A DNA stretch of 45,523 bases, taken from contig NIVC01001710.1 of assembly GCA_002269645.1 (NCBI GenBank), positions 201,632 through 247,154 on the forward strand, written 5' to 3'. The DNA comes from Macrostomum lignano. Its lineage: Eukaryota. The position numbers were made by a program, and so were the translations under genes. Shown here piece by piece: positions 10,066-21,127 of the stretch (positions are counted from its first letter, which is position 1; each line of letters opens with the position of its first letter). The notes below the pieces were generated by a model. That model did no database searches and was not told the origin of the DNA. It worked only from the letters and a program-made list of their open reading frames with translations.

Positions 10066-13000
10066 GCCCAGTCTGCAGTCATTGCAAGAAATTACCAAGG
10101 TTTGCAAGACTCTAACACATTGGAACTAAGTGATATTGCTTTGTAAGTGATACTTGTTTATATATTTAATCAGTTTTAAAATATTAGTTTGAGTTGAGAT
10201 TATCTTTTAATTATCTGTTTGAGATCTCTCTCTCTCTTTTTCTATGATCATCAGTATGGGATCTCTTGTCATTGTCAGTGTGGGATCTCTTGTCATCCTC
10301 AGTATGGGATCTCTTGTCATCTTCAGTGTGGGATCTCTTGTCATCCTTAGTGTGGGATCTCTTGTCATCCTCAGTGTGGTATCTCTTGTCATCCTCAGTA
10401 TGGGATCTCTTGTCATCTTCAGTGTGGGATCTCTTGTTATCCTCAGTATGGGATCTCTTGTCATCTTCAGTGTGGGATCTCTTGTCATCCTCAGTATGGG
10501 ATCTCTTGTCATTGTCAGTGTGGGATCTCTTGTCATCCTCAGTATGGGATCTCTTGTCATCTTCAGTGTGGGATCTCTTGTTATCCTCAGTATGGGATCT
10601 CTTGTCATCTTCAGTGTGGGATCTCTTGTCATCATCAGTATGGGATCTCTTGTCATTGTCAGTGTGGGATCTCTTGTCATCCTCAGTATGGGATCTCTTG
10701 TCATCTTCAGTGTGGGATCTCTTGTCATCTTCAGTGTGGGATCTCTTGTCATCCTCAGTGTGGGATCTCTTCTCTTGTCATCTTCAGTGTGGGATCTCTT
10801 GTCATCCTCAGTATGGGATCTCTTGTCATCTTCAGTGTGGGATCTCTTGTCATCCTCAGTGTGGGATCTCTTGTCATTCTCAGTGTGGGATCTCTTGTCA
10901 TCCTCAGTGTGGGATCTCTTGTCATCCTCAGTATAGGATCTCTTGTCATCCTCAGTGTGGGATCTCTTGTCATCCTTAGTGTGGGATCTCTTGTCATCCT
11001 CAGTGTGGGATCTCTTGTCATCCTTAGTGTGGGATCTCTTGTCATCCTCAGTGTGGGATCTCTTGTCATTGTCAGTGTGGGATCTCTTGTCATTCTCAGT
11101 GTGGGATCTCTTGTCATCTTCAGTATGGGATCTCTTGTCATCCTCAGTGTGGGATCTCTTGTCATCTTCAGTGTGGGATCTCTTGTCATCCTCAGTGTGG
11201 GATCTCTTGTCATCCTTAGTGTGGGATCTCTTGTCATCCTCAGTGTGGGATCTCTTGTCATCCTCAGTGTGGGATCTCTTGTCATCCTCAGTGTGGGATC
11301 TCTTGTCATCCTCAGTGTGGGATCTCTTGTCATCCTCAGTGTGGGATCTCTTGTCATCCTTAGTGTGGGATCTCTTGTCATCCTCAGTGTGGGATCTCTT
11401 GTCATTGTCAGTGTGGGATCTCTTGTCATCCTCAGTGTGGGATCTCTTGTCATCCTTAGTGTGGGATCTCTTGTCATCCTCAGTGTGGGATCTCTTGTCA
11501 TCCTCAGTGTGGGATCTCTTGTCATCCTCAGTGTGGGATCTCTTGTCATCCTCAGTGTGGGATCTCTTGTCATCCTTAGTGTGGGATCTCTTGTCATCCT
11601 CAGTGTGGGATCTCTTGTCATCCTCAGTATGGGATCTCTTGTCATCCTCAGTATGGGATCTCTTGTCATCCTCAGTATGGGATCTCTTGTCATCCTCAGT
11701 GTGGGATCTCTTGTTATCCTCAGTGTGGGATCTCTTGTCATCCTCAGTATAGGATCCCTTGTCATCCTCAGTATGGGATCTCTTGTCATCCTCAGTGTGG
11801 GATCTCTTGTTATCCTCAGTGTGGGATCTCTTGTCATCCTCAGTATAGGATCCCTTGTCATCCTCAGTATGGGATCTCTTGTCATCCTCAGTATGGGATC
11901 TCTTGTCATCCTCAGTGTGGGATCTCTTGTTATCCTCAGTGTGGGATCTCTTGTCATCCTCAGTGTGGGATCTCTTGTCATTGTCAGTGTGGGATCTCTT
12001 GTCATCCTCAGTATAGGATCCCTTGTCATCCTCAGTATGGGATCTCTTGTCATCCTCAGTATGGGATCTCTTGTCATCCTCAGTGTGGGATCTCTTGTCA
12101 TCCTCAGTGTGGGATCTCTTGTCATCCTCAGTATGGGATCTCTTGTCATCCTCAGTGTGGGATCTCTTGTCATCCTCAGTGTGGGATCTCTTGTTATCCT
12201 CAGTGTGGGATCTCTTGTCATCCTCAGTATGGGATCTCTTGTCATCCTCAGTATGGGATCTCTTGTCATCCTCAGTGTGGGATCTCTTGTCATCCTCAGT
12301 GTGGGATCTCTTGTCATTCTCAGTGTGGGATCTCTTGTCATCCTCAGTATGGGATCTCTTGTCATCCTCAGTGTGGGATCTCTTGTCATTCTCAGTGTGG
12401 GATCTCATGTCCTTATTCTCAGATCCTCAGTGTGGATGTCTTGTCACGATTCTCTAGAAATAGAAATCAGTATCACTAACACCCACCCCACCTCCGGCAG
12501 TGCTCCATCAGGTGCAGCTGTGACAGGCCTCTCTCCCGGCACCTCGAACAGCGGCAGTCCTGCCAACAGTTGGGGCAGCCAAAAGCCTCAGGGCAGTTCC
12601 AGCGGCAGCAATAATTGTTGCACGGCTGTCACAGCCTACCTACTGCACATTAGACCGAGGTACGAGTATGATACCTGTGACTGATAACTGTTTATAATTT
12701 TTCATGCCATTGCTCCCTTGCGCCAAATTTTCAGCTGTCTTGTGCACCCCGAAGTTCAGCGGCACAGCAGGTTGATTCTGGTAGCCACACTTTTCTGCCT
12801 AGTTGGTGCAGGTTAGTTAAGCTAGTGCAAGAGTGACAGGGTTCACATGCTGTAGGTAGCTATAGAAGTGGCGCCCCTGACTCCCAAAGTGGCGCCCTTG
12901 ACTCCACCCGAAAGTGGCGCCCCCGACTCCGAAAGTGGCGCCCCTGACTCCACCCGAAAGTGGTGCCCCTGACTCCATCCGAAAGTGGCGCCCCCGACTC

Positions 13001-15341
13001 CCAAAGTGGCGCCACTGACTCCATCCGAAAGTGGCGCCCCCGACTCCGAAAGTGGCGCCCCTGACTCCACCCGAAAGTGGTGCCCCTGACTCCATCCAAA
13101 AGTGGCGCCCCCGACTCCCAAAGTGGCGCCACTGACTCCATCCGAAAGTGGCGCCCCCGACTCCGAAAGTGGCGCCCCTGACTCCACCCGAAAGTGGTGC
13201 CCCTGACTCCATCCGAAAGTAGCGCCCCCGACTCCCAAAGTGGCGCCACTGACTCCATCCGAAAGTGGCGCCCCGACTCCCAAAGTGGCGCCCCTGACTC
13301 CACCCGAAAGTGGTGCCCCTGACTCCATTCGAAAGTGGCGCCCCTGACTCCCAAAGTGGCGCCACTGACTCCATCCGAAAGTGGCGCCCCCGACTTTCAA
13401 AGTGGCGCCACTGACTCCATCCGAAAGTAGCGCCCCCGACTCCCAAAGTGGCGCCCCTGACTCCATCCGAAAGTGGCGCCCCTGACTCCATCTGAAAGTG
13501 GCGCCCCTGACTCCCGAAGTGGCGCCTTTGACTCCACCCGAAAGTGGCGCCCCCGACTCCGAAAGTGGCGCCCCTGACTCCACCCGAAAGTGGTGCCCCT
13601 GACTCCATCCGAAAGTGGCGCCCCCGACTCCCAAAGTGGCGCCACTGACTCCATCCGAAAGTGGCGCCCCCGACTCCGAAAGTGGCGCCCCTGACTCCAC
13701 CCGAAAGTGGTGCCCCTGACTCCATCCAAAAGTGGCGCCCCCGACTCCCAAAGTGGCGCCACTGACTCCATCCGAAAGTGGCGCCCCCGACTCCGAAAGT
13801 GGCGCCCCTGACTCCACCCGAAAGTGGTGCCCCTGACTCCATCCGAAAGTAGCGCCCCCGACTCCCAAAGTGGCGCCACTGACTCCATCCGAAAGTGGCG
13901 CCCCCGACTCCCAAAGTGGCGCCCCTGACTCCACCCGAAAGTGGTGCCCCTGACTCCATTCGAAAGTGGCGCCCCCGACTCCCAAAGTGGCGCCACTGAC
14001 TCCATCCGAAAGTGGCGCCCCCGACTTTCAAAGTGGCGCCACTGACTCCATCCGAAAGTGGCGCCCCCGACTCCCAAAGTGGCGCCCCTGACTCCATCCG
14101 AAAGTGGCGCCCCTGACTCCATCTGAAAGTGGCGCCCCTGACTCCCGAAGTGGCGCCTTTGACTCCACCCAAAAGTGGCGCCCCTGACTCCATCCGAAAG
14201 TGGCGCCCCTGACTCCATCTGAAAGTAGCGCCCCTGACTCCCAAATTGGCGCTTTTGACTCCATCCGAAAGTGGCGCCCCTGACTCCATCTGAAAGTGGC
14301 GCCCCTGACTCCATCCGAAAGTGGCGCCCCTGACTCCATCTAAAAGTGGCGCCCCTGACTCCCGAAGTGGCGCCTTTGACTCCATCCGAAAGTGGCGCCC
14401 CTGGCTCCATCTGAAAGTGGTGCCCCTGACTCCCAAAGTGGCGCCCCTGACTCCATCTGAAAGTGGCGCCCCTGGTTCCATCTGAAAGTGGTGCCCCTGA
14501 CTCCCAAAGTGGCGCCCCTGACTCCATCCGAAAGTGGTGCCCCTGACTCCAAAAGTGCACTGGTGACTCCCAGAGTCACTTTGGATGTCATAATAGCAAA
14601 GCAACAGCCGCTATCGGCAGTGTTTTCAATCCGTATTTCCGCAGTTCTGATAGCCTCAGGTCTGCTAAGCATAGTGCCGAAGCCGCACCCTCTGTTTGGC
14701 ATCGTGTTCGTTGCCGGCGGATTCGTTATCTTCATCCCGGGAAGTGAGTTCGGCAACATTGATTATTGTCTTTGATTAACATATATTATAGCAATAATTG
14801 CAACGGCACCCTGGCCCAACCATTCGGCGTCATCGTCTCACAACCAGCGCTGACGGCAATTCTGCGCATTCCGCTGGCTCCTGAGCACACACAAGCGCGC
14901 CAATACTGTACGCAGGCACAGCACTCATGCACACGCTCTCACAGGGTGTACAGCGGCCCTGACTGTCTAATCGTCAGGCATGTACACTCTCTGTGCCATG
15001 GGGGTTGGCCCTCCTGGCTTGTGAATCGCACGACAACCTTCCGGCTAAACTTCGTGCCCAAGCCTCAGATGAATGCGTTTCAGCACGGAATCGAACCAGG
15101 GGTCGCGAGAGCCAGATGGCGTTTACCGCTGAGCTGCCCTGCCCCTGAATGTGCTTTACTTAAAGCTTTCAATCCAGTAACTGCTCCCGACTTATGTTAG
15201 AGTTAAGGTAGTGCTTTTGACCAAATATTGATAATTCCAACCGCCCTCTCACCGCCCGCAGTCTACTATGTGACCTACGTCATTCGGGCCTATCTTGGTC
15301 ACGACGGCTATTTGTTCGATCATTTGCCTTCCATGGACTGA
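10066..15341 (+). CDS. TMEM134: TMEM134-like (DUF872 family) two-transmembrane protein; N-terminus uncertain
   Basis: Exons are 10066-10142 (tentative), 12423-12659 (acceptor uncertain), 12735-12811, 14645-14743 and 15262-15341, all phase-consistent. The spliced C-terminus is SCLVHPEVQRHSRLILVATLFCLVGAVLIASGLLSIVPKPHPLFGIVFVAGGFVIFIPGIYYVTYVIRAYLGHDGYLFDHLPSMD*. This matches the family pattern HP...-TM1-TM2(PG)-Y...A..G..G...LP. The pre-TM1 HPxxQ motif favours TMEM134 over TMEM230. The symbol rests on recalled motifs, not a search. Confidence 0.75.
10250..12430. repeat. Minisatellite, 24-bp unit (gtgggatctcttgtcatcctcagt), ~90 copies, in a TMEM134-like intron
   Basis: Direct periodicity. A small insertion near 10770 shifts the register. 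Confidence 0.97.
12865..14555. repeat. Composite minisatellite of 21- and 25-bp units (gaaagtggcgcccctgactccatcc) with a 117-bp higher-order repeat
   Basis: Units of 21+25+25+21+25 = 117 bp are readable from ~12910, matching the 39-aa translation period. It lies in intron 12812-14644. Confidence 0.95.
14790..15145 (-). mobile_element. Putative tRNA-derived SINE, near-full-length copy (family A)
   Basis: The minus-strand head has an A-box-like AGCTCAGCGGTA (15135-15124) and a B-box GGTTCGATTCC (15097-15087). The body is homologous to ~42036-42295 and ~34420-34520, and the 3' end is AT-rich. Confidence 0.65.
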
Positions 15342-16129
15342 TCTACCTCACGCCGACATCAGTGTGATTAGAAAGAGCGATCTTTATGTACTCTGGACGA
15401 TTCGTGCTTTTGAAAGGTTTTGTCAGCTAATAAGCTGACGAGGTAATATGCAATTTATACTCATGCCGTTTACCCTTAAATCGCAGAAATATCCCAGGAA
15501 TTATTTCTAAACATCGGCATTCTAGTTTTTCATCACTTTTCATTCAACGCGATACGAGTTTTATTCACGTGCATTTTTTGTTAAAAAATAATTCCAATAA
15601 TTTACATCCCTGAAAATATGCAATAGCCCTCGCATTTTGTTGGAAAAGCTTTTCTATATTTTTATCCTGCTTTTTTGCTTTTTTATCCAGCCTTTCCTGT
15701 ATGTATCTTAATAGTACAGAAATTTTGTACTCTCGATTTATGCTACTGTAAGTAGCGCAGTGCATTAATTCTGGCTCTAGGCGTTTGACCGCAGGCCAGA
15801 ATGCAACAATTAATCGTATTACGAAACTATTTTAAGTTTGCAATCGACTTAAGCCGCTCAGTTTTACAAACTTTTCCAAACTCTATACTTTGTCCATTTT
15901 AGTTAAGAAAGGTTTTAGTAAAAAGTAAATTTTTGTTACAGAAACCGAGCCTTTCGCTTTGGCATTGTATAATAATTGTATTAACAAGCAAGCAGTGTTT
16001 TCCAGAATCTAAAAAACTATTGAATTTCATAATTTCAACTGACATACATGTACTGACACTGACATAAATTACCCTTATCCAGACCATCTGTTAGCTGCCA
16101 GCTCCTGCACCAGTACATGGGGGGTTGTC

Positions 16130-19100
16130 CCAGTCTCCCAGTCCACCTGCCACCCTCTCCAGTCCACCTGGGGCTGTCACCCCTCCCCCCAATCCATCTG
16201 TGGGCTGTCATCTCTCCCCCAATCCATCATTGGGCTGTCATCTCCCCCCTAGAGGAATGGGCGGCACTCGCCTCCCCGCTGCGTCTGCGGACTGCCTTGC
16301 AGTTGTCATCTCTCCCTCAATCCATCTGTGGGCTGTCGCCTCTCCTTCAGTCGATCTGTGGGCTGTCACTTCTCCTTCAGTCGATCTGTGGGCTGTCACC
16401 CCTCCTTCAGTCCATCTGTGGGCTGTCACCCCTCCTTCAGTCGATCTGTGGGCTATCACCCCTCCTTCAGTCGATCTGTGGGCTGTCACCCCTCCTTCAG
16501 TCGATCTGTGGGCTGTCACCCCTCCTTCAGTCCATCTGTGGGCTGTCACCCCTCCTTCAGTCGATCTGTGGGCTGTCACCCCTCCTTCAGTCGATCTGTG
16601 GGCTATCACCCCTCCTTCAGTCGATCTGTGGGCTGTCGCCTCTCCTTCAGTCGATCTGTGGGCTGTCACCTCTCCTTCAGTCGATCTGTGGGCTGTCACC
16701 TCTCCTTCAGTCGATCTGTGGGCTGTCACCCCTCCTTCAGTCGATCTGTGGGCTGTCACCCCTCCTTCAGTCGATCTGTGGGCTGTCGCCTCTCCTTCAG
16801 TCGATCTGTGGGCTGTCACTTCTCCTTCAGTCGATCTGTGGGCTGTCACCCCTCCTTCAGTCGATCTGTGGGCTGTTACCCCTCCTTCAGTCGATCTGTG
16901 GGCTATCACCCCTCCTTCAGTCGATCTGTGGGCTGTCGCCTCTCCTTCAGTCGATCTGTGGGCTGTCGCCTCTCCTTCAGTCGATCTGTGGGCTGTCGCC
17001 TCTCCTTCAGTCGATCTGTGGGCTGTCGCCTCTCCTTCAGTCGATCTGTGGGCTGTCACCTCTCCTTCAGTCGATCTGTGGGCTGTCACCCCTCCTTCAG
17101 TCGATCTGTGGGCTGTCACCTCTCCTTCAGTCGATCTGTGGGCTGTCACCCCTCCTTCAGTCGATCTGTGGGCTGTCACCTCTCCTTCAGTCGATCTGTG
17201 GGCTGTCGCCTCTCCTTCAGTCGATCTGTGGGCTGTCACTTCTCCTTCAGTCGATCTGTGGGCTGTCACCCCTCCTTCAGTCGATCTGTGGGCTGTCACC
17301 TCTCCTTCAGTCGATCTGTGGGCTGTCGCCTCTCCTTCAGTCGATCTGTGGGCTGTCGCCTCTCCTTCAGTCGATCTGTGGGCTGTCACCCCTCCTTCAG
17401 TCGATCTGTGGGCTGTCACCTCTCCTTCAGTCGATCTGTGGGCTGTCACCCCTCCTTCAGTCGATCTGTGGGCTGTCACCTCTCCTTCAGTCGATCTGTG
17501 GGCTGTCGCCTCTCCTTCAGTCGATCTGTGGGCTGTCACTTCTCCTTCAGTCGATCTGTGGGCTGTCGCCTCTCCTTCAGTCGATCTGTGGGCTGTCACC
17601 TCTCCTTCAGTCGATCTGTGGGCTGTCGCCTCTCCTTCAGTCGATCTGTGGGCTGTCGCCTCTCCTTCAGTCGATCTGTGGGCTGTCGCCTCTCCTTCAG
17701 TCGATCTGTGGGCTGTCACTTCTCCTTCAGTCGATCTGTGGGCTGTCACCCCTCCTTCAGTCCATCTGTGGGCTGTCACCCCTCCTTCAGTCGATCTGTG
17801 GGCTATCACCCCTCCTTCAGTCGATCTGTGGGCTGTCGCCTCTCCTTCAGTCGATCTGTGGGCTGTCACCTCTCCTTCAGTCGATCTGTGGGCTGTCACC
17901 TCTCCTTCAGTCGATCTGTGGGCTGTCACCCCTCCTTCAGTCGATCTGTGGGCTGTCACCCCTCCTTCAGTCGATCTGTGGGCTGTCGCCTCTCCTTCAG
18001 TCGATCTGTGGGCTGTCACTTCTCCTTCAGTCGATCTGTGGGCTGTCACCCCTCCTTCAGTCGATCTGTGGGCTGTCACCCCTCCTTCAGTCGATCTGTG
18101 GGCTGTTACCCCTCCTTCAGTCGATCTGTGGGCTATCACCCCTCCTTCAGTCGATCTGTGGGCTGTCGCCTCTCCTTCAGTCGATCTGTGGGCTGTCGCC
18201 TCTCCTTCAGTCGATCTGTGGGCTGTCGCCTCTCCTTCAGTCGATCTGTGGGCTGTCACTTCTCCTTCAGTCGATCTGTGGGCTGTCACCCCTCCTTCAG
18301 TCGATCTGTGGGCTGTCACCCTCCTTCAGTCGATCTGTGGGCTATCACCCCTCCTTCAGTCGATCTGTGGGCTGTCGCCTCTCCTTCAGTCGATCTGTGG
18401 GCTGTCACCCCTCCTTCAGTCGATCTGTGGGCTGTCACCCCTCCTTCAGTCGATCTGTGGGCTGTCACCTCTCCTTCAGTCGATCTGTGGGCTGTCACCT
18501 CTCCTTCAGTCGATCTGTGGGCTGTCACCTCTCCTTCAGTCGATCTGTGGGCTGTCACCTCTCCTTCAGTCGATCTGTGGGCTGTCACCCCTCCTTCAGT
18601 CGATCTGTGGGCTGTCACCTCTCCTTCAGTCGATCTGTGGGCTGTCGCCTCTCCTTCAGTCGATCTGTGGGCTGTCACCCCTCCTTCAGTCGATCTGTGG
18701 GCTGTCACCCCTCCTTCAGTCGATCTGTGGGCTGTCGCCTCTCCTTCAGTCGATCTGTGGGCTGTCGCCTCTCCTTCAGTCGATCTGTGGGCTGTCGCCT
18801 CTCCTTCAGTCGATCTGTGGGCTGTCGCCTCTCCTTCAGTCGATCTGTGGGCTGTCACTTCTCCTTCAGTCGATCTGTGGGCTGTCACCCCTCCTTCAGT
18901 CGATCTGTGGGCTGTCACCCCTCCTTCAGTCGATCTGTGGGCTGTCGCCTCTCCTTCAGTCGATCTGTGGGCTGTCGCCTCTCCTTCAGTCGATCTGTGG
19001 GCTGTCGCCTCTCCTTCAGTCGATCTGTGGGCTGTCACTTCTCCTTCAGTCGATCTGTGGGCTGTCACCCCTCCTTCAGTCGATCTGTGGGCTGTCACCC

Positions 19101-20000
19101 CTCCTTCAGTCGATCTGTGGGCTATCACCCCTCCTTCAGTCGATCTGTGGGCTGTCGCCTCTCCTTCAGTCGATCTGTGGGCTGTCACCCCTCCTTCAGT
19201 CGATCTGTGGGCTGTCACCCCTCCTTCAGTCGATCTGTGGGCTGTCACCTCTCCTTCAGTCGATCTGTGGGCTGTCACCTCTCCTTCAGTCGATCTGTGG
19301 GCTGTCACCCCTCCTTCAGTCGATCTGTGGGCTGTCACCTCTCCTTCAGTCGATCTGTGGGCTGTCACCCCTCCTTCAGTCGATCTGTGGGCTGTCACCT
19401 CTCCTTCAGTCGATCTGTGGGCTGTCGCCTCTCCTTCAGTCGATCTGTGGGCTGTCACTTCTCCTTCAGTCGATCTGTGGGCTGTCACCCCTCCTTCAGT
19501 CGATCTGTGGGCTGTCACCTCTCCTTCAGTCGATCTGTGGGCTGTCGCCTCTCCTTCAGTCGATCTGTGGGCTGTCGCCTCTCCTTCAGTCGATCTGTGG
19601 GCTGTCGCCTCTCCTTCAGTCGATCTGTGGGCTGTCACTTCTCCTTCAGTCGATCTGTGGGCTGTCACCCCTCCTTCAGTCGATCTGTGGGCTGTCACCC
19701 CTCCTTCAGTCGATCTGTGGGCTATCACCCCTCCTTCAGTCGATCTGTGGGCTGTCGCCTCTCCTTCAGTCGATCTGTGGGCTGTCACCTCTCCTTCAGT
19801 CGATCTGTGGGCTGTCACCCCTCCTTCAGTCGATCTGTGGGCTGTCACCTCTCCTTCAGTCGATCTGTGGGCTGTCACCTCTCCTTCAGTCGATCTGTGG
19901 GCTGTCACCCCTCCTTCAGTCGATCTGTGGGCTGTCACCTCTCCTTCAGTCGATCTGTGGGCTGTCACCCCTCCTTCAGTCGATCTGTGGGCTGTCACCA
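16130..20000. repeat. Large 30-bp minisatellite (tcgatctgtgggctgtcacccctccttcag), ~123 core copies plus a degenerate left edge; intergenic
   Basis: Near-perfect 30-bp periodicity from 16321 to ~19998, with one 29-bp unit at ~18301-18329. It lies between the convergent TMEM134-like and FERM genes. Confidence 0.98.
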
Positions 20001-21127
20001 CCAGTCCATCTGGCTACCCTTTGATGGGCACTGGTTATATGATACAAGGTGCCGAGGCGCTTTTGTTGTGAAAAATCGTCATAGCAACTCAAGCTGTTTA
20101 CCTATGCATCGGGCGATAAATAAATGAGTTCTTGTCGAAAAAATAAACTCTTATTACGTAATGCATAGTTATTAAAGACCATGATGAACAGAGAAAATTA
20201 GGGATTAATAAATAGCCACTGCCATAGATGTGCCGATACGATTATATTGTCATTCAGCGCACAGGCAGTGACAGAGGTCTCAGTTGAGCAAACAGCCAGC
20301 CGCTAAAATGGCCGGAATTCGATACAAAAAAACTGAGTAAAAACTTTTGCAGTTATAAAAAACTGCTCACAGCAAAAGCCTCAATTAAGGAAGAAGGATT
20401 TGAGAAGTAAATCTTAATAAAATACTTAACTAAGTTTGCAATTTTTCTGTCATGATTGTAGCGTACGTGTAAATATATTCAGGATGGCGACCCAGCATCT
20501 CTCAAAACTAAATTTGGCATTAAATTGCGTAAAAAAGCAGAAAAGTATGGCAATGAAAAAACGCGAAGCGAAGAACAATGTAACATGACAGAAACTAAAG
20601 GTTTAAATCACGGAATCGGCACCCGCTGTTGAATATTTATAAATAGAAAATCTCTTTAAACAGTAGTAATTTCGGTCGCGCTCAAAAATGGGTCACAATT
20701 TTCTAAAGCCGTCTACTCACAGTAGAGTTATTAGGATGAAATTGTGAGATTATGTATGTGAATAAAAATTCTACGTAATTCACGTTTTAAAAATGGGAAT
20801 TCCGTACTGTATTTGTACTAGTTCGACACCCCGCCCTTTGTGACGGATGTGACGCGGAAATGCCAGAAAATAAAGCAAATATTTGGCGGATTTAAACAAG
20901 TGATAAGCTAACAGTCTAAAGCTTGTAAGCAGTCAGCAGGCCTGTAAATAAACTTACGGAAGCACAGCAGCCATATAAAGTAGTAGCTGTTTCAAACAGA
21001 CTACAATAGCTGATAAACATAAATAAAATAAAATTGCATTAGTACAAAGGAATATCGAAAGTTAATAAAGAATAGCGAATAGCAATGCCGTATTGCAGTA
21101 TAGTGCAGCTTCATACGGGTAGCAAAT

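Noticed and set aside
14560-14644. gactcccag|AGT as the TMEM134-like acceptor, suggesting a satellite-derived splice site
   Set aside because: It is phase-compatible, but a better model exists: exon 12735-12811 plus the acceptor at 14644 restores the conserved HP..TM1 sequence. The site is just a decayed repeat unit.
16082-16320. Possible small exons at the left edge of the 30-bp array
   Set aside because: The TMEM134-like gene already terminates at 15341, the donors are weak, and the sequence is degenerate array edge.
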